Shown here in pieces: positions 55,569-63,053 of a stretch of 64,000 nt of DNA. Both the position numbers and the translations under genes were made by a program. The stretch's first letter is position 1. The number at the start of each line of letters is the position of its first letter. Source of the DNA: Polyangiales bacterium (lineage in GTDB: Bacteria > Myxococcota_A > Polyangia > Polyangiales > Polyangiaceae); the NCBI GenBank assembly GCA_038231275.1, contig JBBRLQ010000005.1, positions 288,001-352,000 on the forward strand. The letters run 5' to 3'. Below the pieces are notes generated by a model, which saw only the letters and a program-made list of their open reading frames with translations, did no database searches and had not been told where the DNA came from.

Positions 55569-57209
55569 ATGAAGATCCCTCGCCACGGCTTTCGATTGGG
55601 TACCTCCCTGACCCTCCTCGGCACGCTCGCGGCCCCGGTGGGCGGTACCGGCTCGTGCAATTTCTCCGTCGATGGCACGATCAACGAGGAGGACGGAGGC
55701 GTCGCGCTCGACGGGTCCGTCCTGGCAACGGACGGCGAGGCGCCCCGCGACGCGGCGGTCGACGCCGGCGGCGAGCTGGATGCCGGGTCCTCCACGGACG
55801 CGCCCCTGTCCCCCGACGCCGGATCCGTGCACACGTGGATGTCGGGCTTTCTCATGAGCGCGATCGTGGACGACGACTACGTCGCGCCGAGCGTCGACAA
55901 TGCGAAGGACTGGTACCAAAACATCGGCACCTGGCGTACCGGCTCGGGCCGAAACAACTGCACCGTGTTCAACGCGAACTCGTACCCCGACCCCGGCCAG
56001 GCACAGACGATCCTCGACTACAATTTCGGAACCCACACCGCCAGCGGCTGGGGGCCGCCCGCGCGCTTCGTGCCTTCGTCCGTCGGGCTTCAACCCGTGT
56101 GGTCCACCTCGCTGACGCGCGGCGACAACTACGGCCTCAAGGACACGAACTCGGGCAACGCCGATCCGAATTTCCGGACCTGGTTCACGAAGCTCGTGAG
56201 CTACGGCCAGGGGGACGCCATCATTCGCCTCGGCTGGGAAATGAACGGCACGTGGTTCGTATGGGGGATCGGCGCGCCGATCAATACGGACAAGACCACC
56301 GGCTACGGCTCGGTCGACGGCGCCGCCGCCGCGTACAAATCGGCGTTCCGTCACGTCGTCGATATCGCGAGGAGCGTGCCGGGGCAGAACTTTCGATTCG
56401 AGTGGAACTCCTACTTCCTCGACTCGAACTACGGTGGCGTCAGAATTCCCGCGTCGTCCGTGGCCGCCGCGTACCCGGGGGGACCCGACGCGCATGGGCG
56501 CGACTACGTCGACTTCGTCGGGACGGATTCGTACGACGAGAGCTACACGAGCGGAACGCCCACGGTGGTCCAGGGCAACGGGTCGATGGCATCAGGGAGC
56601 AAGGTCGTCACCGGTTGGACGGGCCCGAGCGGTCGCCACTTCACGGGCGCCGACGTGGGTAAGTCCATTCAGGTCTACACCGGCGGCACCAACGGCGGCG
56701 CCGCCACCAACTACCCGCTCTACGCCAAGATCGTGTCGGTCGACGCGTCTTCGAGCCCACCGACCGCGACCCTCAACGCCCCCGCACGGCGCGCGGTCTC
56801 GGGCGCGGCGATCAATCTCTTCGACGCGTGGCCGAGCGCGGTGTTCACGAACCCGACAAACGGCATCTCGCCGAGCCTCGCCGCGTTCGCCGCGTTCGGG
56901 CGATCCAAAGGCAAGCCGCTCGGCATCAGCGAATGGGGGCCGATGCTGCGGATGGACGGGCACGGAGGCAACGACGATCCCGCATTCATCCAAGTGATGT
57001 ACGACTTCTTCGCCGACCCGGCGAACGACGTCGCCTACGAGACGCTGTTCCAGGGGATCGACGGAAAGGCCGTAGGACCGAGCGCGCAGTCGATCGTGTA
57101 CCCGCTCCTGATGCAGAACGCGGGGAGCAGGAACGGCCCCTTCCACGACGGGACCGAGCCCCTGCCACTGTCCGTCGCCAAGTACCGACAGCTGTTCGGA
57201 CGGCTCTAG
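55569..57209 (+). CDS. Glycoside hydrolase family 26-like secreted enzyme with inserted beta domain
   Basis: AIIRLGWEMNG (acid/base Glu at 56238-56240), FRFEWN, AYPG, YVDFVGTDSYD, KPLGISEWG (nucleophile); signal-like N-terminus; GGAGA RBS. Confidence 0.82.
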   Translation: MKIPRHGFRLGTSLTLLGTLAAPVGGTGSCNFSVDGTINEEDGGVALDGSVLATDGEAPRDAAVDAGGELDAGSSTDAPLSPDAGSVHTWMSGFLMSAIVDDDYVAPSVDNAKDWYQNIGTWRTGSGRNNCTVFNANSYPDPGQAQTILDYNFGTHTASGWGPPARFVPSSVGLQPVWSTSLTRGDNYGLKDTNSGNADPNFRTWFTKLVSYGQGDAIIRLGWEMNGTWFVWGIGAPINTDKTTGYGSVDGAAAAYKSAFRHVVDIARSVPGQNFRFEWNSYFLDSNYGGVRIPASSVAAAYPGGPDAHGRDYVDFVGTDSYDESYTSGTPTVVQGNGSMASGSKVVTGWTGPSGRHFTGADVGKSIQVYTGGTNGGAATNYPLYAKIVSVDASSSPPTATLNAPARRAVSGAAINLFDAWPSAVFTNPTNGISPSLAAFAAFGRSKGKPLGISEWGPMLRMDGHGGNDDPAFIQVMYDFFADPANDVAYETLFQGIDGKAVGPSAQSIVYPLLMQNAGSRNGPFHDGTEPLPLSVAKYRQLFGRL

Positions 57210-57275
57210 CTGCGAGGTCGTGCCGCTGCGCGAGCTCGAAGGGTGCCGTTCGTGCGTGCCGAACCTCGGGTGGCG

Positions 57276-58409
57276 TCAGTGGTGCGTCGCGCCGCCCGGC
57301 ATCGCGCTCGGTGCGGGGGCGCCGCTCGGCATGCCGGGGGGCCGCTTCGGTCCTTTGCCGCGCGGCTTGGTGCCGGCGAGGCCGCTCACGACGTCGCCCG
57401 GCTCGATCTCGAATGGGAAGGGCCAGTCTTTGATGCGTCCGCTCGGCGATCCGGTGCCCAGGCGCAGCCGCTCGCCCTCGAGCCGCCCCGCGAGCGCCTC
57501 GCGCTGCTCCGGCGTGAGGATCGATACGAGCTGCGCGAGGAAGAGGACCTCGCGATCCATCGGCACGCGCGCCTTCGCGGCGGGCGGACCGAACGCGTCG
57601 AGCTTCTTGGCGTCGAACTTCGGCGAGTCGAAGGCCGCGACGAGCGTGTCGAATCGTTTGCGTGCGTCGGCGCGCCCGTCCGACTCGGGCGGCAGCTTCG
57701 CGAGGATGGGATCGAGCTTCGCGGCCTGCGCCGCGTCGAGATCGAGCTCCCTCTTGAGGCGATCGGGTCGGCCCTTGGCGCGCTCGGTGATGGCTTCGCT
57801 GCCCGCGTCGCCGGCGGCGCGCACGAAATCCTGCTCGCGCTCGCGCGCCTTCTTCTGCGCGGCGGCGCCGAGCGCCTTGCGGTTCTCGGGCGTCAGCGCG
57901 GTGAAGAGAGCGTTCATCGCGACGACCTCCTTGTCGAGCCGCGTCTGCATGCTCCGCTGGAGGGCGACGACGCGTGGAGTGAGCTTCTTGTCGTCGACGG
58001 CGCCGGCGCGAACGGCCGCCACGATGTCGTCGTGGAGCTCCTTGATCTCGCCGCGCGGCGCGTCGTCTTCGTCAGCGTCGAGCTGATCGGCGAGCTTCTC
58101 CACGATCGCCTTGTGCGCTTCGTCGAGCTCCAGCCCTTGCGCTTCGTCGAGGAAGAGCGCGGCTGGTCCCGCGCGGAAATGGAGCGACATCGGCGCCGGC
58201 GGCGTCGAGCCGGACCCCATCGCGCTCGCGGCGGCGCTGCCCATGTCCGCGAGGGAGGAAGGCGCGGCGCTCACCGTCGCGCTCGGGGCCGCGCTGACGA
58301 CCGGTGCGGGGCCGCTGCTCTTCTTGTCGTCACAGCCGGCGATGAGCGCCGGGAGGGCGGGGAGAGCAGCGAGGGCGAAGGCGAGCGAGATCAGGCGTCG
58401 CGATTTCAT
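57276..58409 (-). CDS. Lipoprotein with Spy/CpxP-like helical repeats
   Basis: Lipobox LIAGC; LELDEAHK, ALTPENRK, LDLDAAQ, ILTPEQRE. Confidence 0.75.
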   Translation of the reverse strand: MKSRRLISLAFALAALPALPALIAGCDDKKSSGPAPVVSAAPSATVSAAPSSLADMGSAAASAMGSGSTPPAPMSLHFRAGPAALFLDEAQGLELDEAHKAIVEKLADQLDADEDDAPRGEIKELHDDIVAAVRAGAVDDKKLTPRVVALQRSMQTRLDKEVVAMNALFTALTPENRKALGAAAQKKAREREQDFVRAAGDAGSEAITERAKGRPDRLKRELDLDAAQAAKLDPILAKLPPESDGRADARKRFDTLVAAFDSPKFDAKKLDAFGPPAAKARVPMDREVLFLAQLVSILTPEQREALAGRLEGERLRLGTGSPSGRIKDWPFPFEIEPGDVVSGLAGTKPRGKGPKRPPGMPSGAPAPSAMPGGATHH

Positions 58410-58468
58410 CGCGCACGACGGTCCCACAGGATCGCGCGCTCCGAAAGGGTGAAGATTTGCGGGCCGCG

Positions 58469-59773
58469 TCAGTGCTCACACGCCGCGATCGGCCCCCGGT
58501 GGGGCCACTTCCAGCTGCAGTGCGAGGCCGGTCCCACCGGCGACGTCCGAACGGGCTCGAACGTGCTGTGATCGTTGGTGCATCCCCAATGTCCGTTGAA
58601 GGCGAGGGTGAGCCGCGCGTCGTCGGTGAGCGGCCGATCGACCTCGCCGAGGTTCAGCGGGCGGCTCTTCACGTCGGGCACGAGGTAGCTGGTCCCCTGG
58701 CCGTTGTGGGGGTTCAGGTGGATCGTGATCGGCCCCGCGTCGATTTGCGCGTGCCCCCACGCGCCGGGCCAGAACTCGTGCGCGCCGCGCTCGACGTACA
58801 CGACGACGTGCTTGTACCCCGCGGCGTCGAGCCAGAACTCTGCCTGGTTGTCGTCGTACGCCGGCCGCGCCGCGTCGTCGAAGAAGTTCCCCAGCGACGC
58901 GGTCCCGTTGTGGCTGCCCTTCACCGTGACCATGCAGCTCTTGCACGACGCCGGCGCCGCGGCGGGCACGTGGAACGTGATCGACTTTCCGTGGATCAAG
59001 TAGAGGAGCTGGGCGACGCGCTGCTCGGTTCGGTCGAACCAGACCTGCACGCTCGTCCAATCCCCCTCGTGATCGCCGTACGAGCCGAGGCCGAGCACCG
59101 TGATGTCCTGGTTGTTGAACGCGAAGAACTGCCAGTACTCGATCTTGTACGCGGGGTGGCCGTTCACGGTGTCCGTCGCGACGTGGGCGGAGAGGCCCGT
59201 CGCGTTGGACTTGGCCTCCGCGAACGAGACCCCGGCGTAGCGATCGTTCTCGACGTTCAGGCAGAGGGTGCTCTTCGCCATCGAGACGGCGAAGCTCGCG
59301 TCCTTCTCGCACGTGTAGAGCGACTCCGGCGGGTCGAGGTGGCGATCGGCCGTGCGCCCGCAGCCGGCGATCGGATCGCCCGCGCCGTTGCCTGGGCTGG
59401 CGAGCCGTTTCAGCTGCGCGTGGCGGAGCTCGTCGACGGGATCGGCGGGGCGGCGATCCTCGTCGTGGCCGTTGTCGCTCGAGAACTTGTAGTAGGGGCG
59501 GTAGCGACGAATCAGATCTTCTTCGAGCGCGTCGTCGATCCCGTCGCCGTCGCGGTCGGCGGTGGTGGCGTCGCCCGAGGCGGCCGCGACGAGGCGCGCG
59601 AGGTCGGCGCGTCGGTTGGCGGGCTCGGGATCGGCCTCGCGATCGCGCGCGTCGCCGCCGCTGCTCAGATCCGACTCGACGGGCGCGGGAGCCGTGGGCG
59701 CGCTGCCGCACGCCGTCGCGAGGCCGAGGCCCAGGGCGGGGACCAAGAAGGAGAGGACGGAGCGCGCATTCAT
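58469..59773 (-). CDS. Lipoprotein with Vps62/NPP1-like domain
   Basis: Lipobox LATAC; DRDGDGIDDALE; IEYWQFFAFN, DHEGDW, VYVERGAHE. Confidence 0.72.
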   Translation of the reverse strand: MNARSVLSFLVPALGLGLATACGSAPTAPAPVESDLSSGGDARDREADPEPANRRADLARLVAAASGDATTADRDGDGIDDALEEDLIRRYRPYYKFSSDNGHDEDRRPADPVDELRHAQLKRLASPGNGAGDPIAGCGRTADRHLDPPESLYTCEKDASFAVSMAKSTLCLNVENDRYAGVSFAEAKSNATGLSAHVATDTVNGHPAYKIEYWQFFAFNNQDITVLGLGSYGDHEGDWTSVQVWFDRTEQRVAQLLYLIHGKSITFHVPAAAPASCKSCMVTVKGSHNGTASLGNFFDDAARPAYDDNQAEFWLDAAGYKHVVVYVERGAHEFWPGAWGHAQIDAGPITIHLNPHNGQGTSYLVPDVKSRPLNLGEVDRPLTDDARLTLAFNGHWGCTNDHSTFEPVRTSPVGPASHCSWKWPHRGPIAACEH

Positions 59774-59785
59774 CGACGTGGAGAG

Positions 59786-59802
59786 AGCACGGCGCGTGCC
59801 GG
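59786..59802 (-). promoter_or_regulatory. Putative sigma54 promoter of the 58469-59773 lipoprotein gene
   Basis: Minus strand CCGGCACGCGCCGTGCT fits GG-N10-GC; the predicted start site falls next to ATG 59773. Confidence 0.55.
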
Positions 59803-59946
59803 CCCACATTCACCACAACCCCGCGATTGTGCTGAGAGGCGACCCGTCCATGGTCCGCCCGTCGATCCGGATCCCATACGCTCCAGCTCGCGACGGATCG
59901 CGAGGGGGGTCGCGATGTGCCGCGCGCTGCTCCATAATGGCAGCGG

Positions 59947-60978
59947 ATGAAGGCGCGCGCCGAGATCGGCCCCACCGACAAGACCTTCGCGTCCGGTCTC
60001 CTCGTCGAGCTCATCGCTGCCCTGCGCGGCGTTGCGCCGGGAGAGACGATCGCGCTCACCTGCACGGGCGCATCGGTCTCCGAAGATCTGGAGCTCTGGT
60101 CTCGCCTTACGGGAAACGCGCTCGTCGACGTGGCGCCCGCCTCGGGGGGCGCGGTTCGCTTCGTGATCCGGTCCGGCGAGGCGCCGCAGATGGGAGACGG
60201 CGATCGCCCTGTCGGCTCGCGCCTCTGGCTCTACACGAACTTCGACTGCAACCTCGCGTGCGACTATTGCTGCGTGCGCTCGTCTCCGCAGGCGCCGCGC
60301 CGCGCCCTCGGTATAAGCGCGATACGCCGCATCGCGGCCGAGGCGCCGGCGCTCGGCGTGAAGGACATCTTCGTGACGGGCGGCGAGCCGATGCTCCTCC
60401 CCGACATCGTCGACGTCCTCGCGGTGTGCTCCTCCGCCGCGCCCACCACCCTCCTCACGAACGGTCTCCTCTTCAAGGGCGCGACGCTCGAGGCGATGCG
60501 TGGCCTCTCGCGTGAGCGCGTCGTGCTTCAGATCAGCCTCGATAGCCCGACGCCGCCGCTCCACGATCTTCACCGCGGCGCGGGGACCTGGACACGCGCG
60601 TGGCGTGGCGCGCGGGCGGCGATGGACGAAGGGTTTCGCGTGCGCCTCGCCGCGACGGTGTCGACCGCCGAAGACGAAGCGGCCTTCCACGCCTTCCTCG
60701 AGCGCGAAGGCATCGCGATCGAGAACCGCGTAGTGCGTCGCGTTGCGCTGCGCGGCGTGGCAGGCGACGGCATCCCCCTCGCGCGCGCCGATCTCGTCCC
60801 CGAGATCACGATCACCGATCGCGGCGTCTACTGGCACCCGGTCGGCGCCGACGACGAGGACTTCTTCGTCACGAAGGACGTCTTCCCCCTCGCCGACGCG
60901 TTCGAAGCGACGCGCGCCGCACTAGGCCGCGAGCGCGCGACGAGCGAGACGATGGCCAGCATCTTTCACTGCGCGTGA
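59947..60978 (+). CDS. Rv1681 (MoeX)-like radical SAM protein with N-terminal TusA/SirA-like domain
   Basis: RLWLYTNFDCNLACDYCC, VTGGEP, LTNG, QISLDS, GVYWHPV, C-terminal IFHCA. These recall M. tuberculosis Rv1681 (recognised from memory, not searched). Confidence 0.85.
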   Translation: MKARAEIGPTDKTFASGLLVELIAALRGVAPGETIALTCTGASVSEDLELWSRLTGNALVDVAPASGGAVRFVIRSGEAPQMGDGDRPVGSRLWLYTNFDCNLACDYCCVRSSPQAPRRALGISAIRRIAAEAPALGVKDIFVTGGEPMLLPDIVDVLAVCSSAAPTTLLTNGLLFKGATLEAMRGLSRERVVLQISLDSPTPPLHDLHRGAGTWTRAWRGARAAMDEGFRVRLAATVSTAEDEAAFHAFLEREGIAIENRVVRRVALRGVAGDGIPLARADLVPEITITDRGVYWHPVGADDEDFFVTKDVFPLADAFEATRAALGRERATSETMASIFHCA

Positions 60979-60988
60979 GTCGCGCCGC

Positions 60989-61825
60989 TTACGGTCGCTT
61001 GAAGTGCCCTTGCGCTTCGCACGCCGCCTCGAGCGAGGCGTAGCCGTCCGTCGCGGCGGGCAGCCATTTCTTGAGCCCCTCGGCCTCGAGCACCGGTCGG
61101 TGCGCGGGGTTCTCCCACTTCATCGCGTAGAGGGCCGCCGCGAAGCGCGCGCGTCGAGCTTCGTCGAAGCCAGGCCGCGCCGTGAACATGCAGTGCGAAT
61201 ACCCCGGCGACGTCCACACTTCGCTCACCGCGCCCGCCGGCGCGAGCTTCTTCTCGAGGACGCCGGCCCAGAACGGGCTCCCCACCGTGCCTGCGTCGGC
61301 GCGCCCATCGAGGATGGCCTTGAGGACGTCGACCTCGCTCGTCCCGGTGTCGCCGTGCTTGCCGACGTCGGTGTCGAAGCGGAGGACTTTGTAGTCCTTG
61401 CCCTCGACGAGGCCTTCCTTCGCGAGGAAGTGCACCGGGAGGATGGCGGCGTGACCGCTGTCTTTGCTGCCGATGGCGATGGTCTTGCCACGCAGATCGG
61501 CGATCGTCTTGATGCCGCCGCCGGCCGGCGCGAGGATCTTGGTCTCCCAGCCCAGATCCGTGTCGCGCATCGCGATGGGCGTGCACTTGCCCTGGCTCCA
61601 GCGCATCGACTGGAGGTACGCGAGGTTCGTGTTCCAGCCGATGTCGATGCGCGGCGCCGACGCGCCGTCCGAGAGGAGCGCCTCGACCTGCGCCTCGTAG
61701 CTGAGGAAGAGGAGCACCTCCACGGGAAGCTTCGCCTCCTCGTGGAAATAGCGGCGCATGCCCTCCCAGATCGTGACCACCTTCGGGTCGTACGCGACGG
61801 CGCCGAGCCAGATCGTATCGCTCAT
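60989..61825 (-). CDS. PhnD/SsuA-fold (Rv1680-like) protein without signal peptide
   Basis: MSDTIWLGAVAYDPKVVTIWEG, IDIGWNTNLAY, AMRDTD, GKHGDTGTSE, SHCMFT; AGAAGGA RBS. Confidence 0.82.
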   Translation of the reverse strand: MSDTIWLGAVAYDPKVVTIWEGMRRYFHEEAKLPVEVLLFLSYEAQVEALLSDGASAPRIDIGWNTNLAYLQSMRWSQGKCTPIAMRDTDLGWETKILAPAGGGIKTIADLRGKTIAIGSKDSGHAAILPVHFLAKEGLVEGKDYKVLRFDTDVGKHGDTGTSEVDVLKAILDGRADAGTVGSPFWAGVLEKKLAPAGAVSEVWTSPGYSHCMFTARPGFDEARRARFAAALYAMKWENPAHRPVLEAEGLKKWLPAATDGYASLEAACEAQGHFKRP

Positions 61826-61842
61826 GTGCGTGGTCCTTCTTC

Positions 61843-62985
61843 TCAGAACAGCGGGATGCCGAGGAGCGCTTTGCCGACGAACTCGCGGAGGACGTCGCCG
61901 GTCGGGGCCATTACGGCGCACGCGTGCGCGTCGCGGAAGAGGCGCTCGATGCCGAGGTGCTTCGAGAACGCGGCGCCGCCGCACACCTGCATGGCGTCGG
62001 ACGTCACCTTGATGGCGGTGTCGCCGGCGGCGGCCTTCGACTCGAGGACGCGCAGGACGGTGAGGTCGCCGGGCTGCTCCAGGTGCTTAAGGAGATCGTC
62101 GAGGCGCGCGCCGAGGCCGTCGGTGTCGATCTGCATCTGCGCGAGGCGCGCGCGCAGCGTCGGCAGCGCTTCACCCAGCGACACGCCGAGGTGCTCGAAG
62201 CGGGCGGACTTCAGGTGCCCGACCGCCGCGCCGACGACGCCGCGGCAAATGCCCAGCGAGACCGCCGTCTGCCCCGCGTTGAAGAGCGGCAGGACGACCT
62301 CGAGCATCACCTTGAAGCCGGCGCCCTCGTCGGAGACGCGGTCCTCGTCCTTGACGTCGCACGCCTCGAGCGCCATCGGCGTCGACGCGTTCGCGCGCAT
62401 GCCCATGCCGTTCCAGCCGCCGGCCGTCGTGAGACCGGTCGCGCCGCCGCGCACCATGTAGAGAGTGGTATCGGTCGGGCCTTTTCCGTCGGCCGACAGC
62501 GTCGACACGATGTAGCTCTGCGCGAAGCCCGCGCTCGTCACCCAGGATTTTTTCGCGTTCAAGCGGACGCCGGCCGGCGTCTTCTGGGCCTTGGAGATGG
62601 GCGCCCAGAAGTGGCTCCGCGAGCCGGCCTCGCTGAAGGCGAGCGTCGACAGGTGCTTTCCCTGCGCGATTTCTTTCAAGGTGGCGTCGGCGCGTGGAGA
62701 CTTCGACGCCGCGATGCACGCGACGCCGGCCTGGTGCATGAGAAACACCATGGCGGCCGACGGATCGACCTCCGCGAACGCTGCGATCGCCTCGCACACG
62801 GCGCGCGGTCCGAGCCCGGCGCCGCCCTTGTCCTTCGGAACGAGGAGCCCGAGGAGCCCCGCTTCGCCGAACGCCGCGACCGCCTCGGTCGAAAATCGCG
62901 CGTCCGCGTCGTTCTTCGACGCAGCGGGAGCGAGAACCTTCGTGGCGAGATCCTTGGCGAGAGCGGCAACGGTCGTCGAGTCCAT
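61843..62985 (-). CDS. Acyl-CoA dehydrogenase-fold flavoprotein (FadE16/Rv1679-like)
   Basis: TLAFSEAGSRSHFW, KKSWVTSA, GMGMRANAS, MQVCGG, IERLFRDA; GGAGG RBS. Confidence 0.9.
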   Translation of the reverse strand: MDSTTVAALAKDLATKVLAPAASKNDADARFSTEAVAAFGEAGLLGLLVPKDKGGAGLGPRAVCEAIAAFAEVDPSAAMVFLMHQAGVACIAASKSPRADATLKEIAQGKHLSTLAFSEAGSRSHFWAPISKAQKTPAGVRLNAKKSWVTSAGFAQSYIVSTLSADGKGPTDTTLYMVRGGATGLTTAGGWNGMGMRANASTPMALEACDVKDEDRVSDEGAGFKVMLEVVLPLFNAGQTAVSLGICRGVVGAAVGHLKSARFEHLGVSLGEALPTLRARLAQMQIDTDGLGARLDDLLKHLEQPGDLTVLRVLESKAAAGDTAIKVTSDAMQVCGGAAFSKHLGIERLFRDAHACAVMAPTGDVLREFVGKALLGIPLF

Positions 62986-63053
62986 CAGCAGTACCTCCGG
63001 GCGCGGTCATACCTGCACCGCCGCCCGGAGAGAAGCCACAGCCTGGCGAAATG

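Noticed and set aside
58963-58980. CACGTGGAAC resembling a parS half-site
   Set aside because: The left arm is not complementary, so the full palindrome is missing, and it lies within a CDS.
60961-60988. Selenocysteine read-through at the radical SAM TGA
   Set aside because: The protein ends at a family-like CA terminus, the convergent gene stops 10 bp later and no SECIS-like hairpin is evident.
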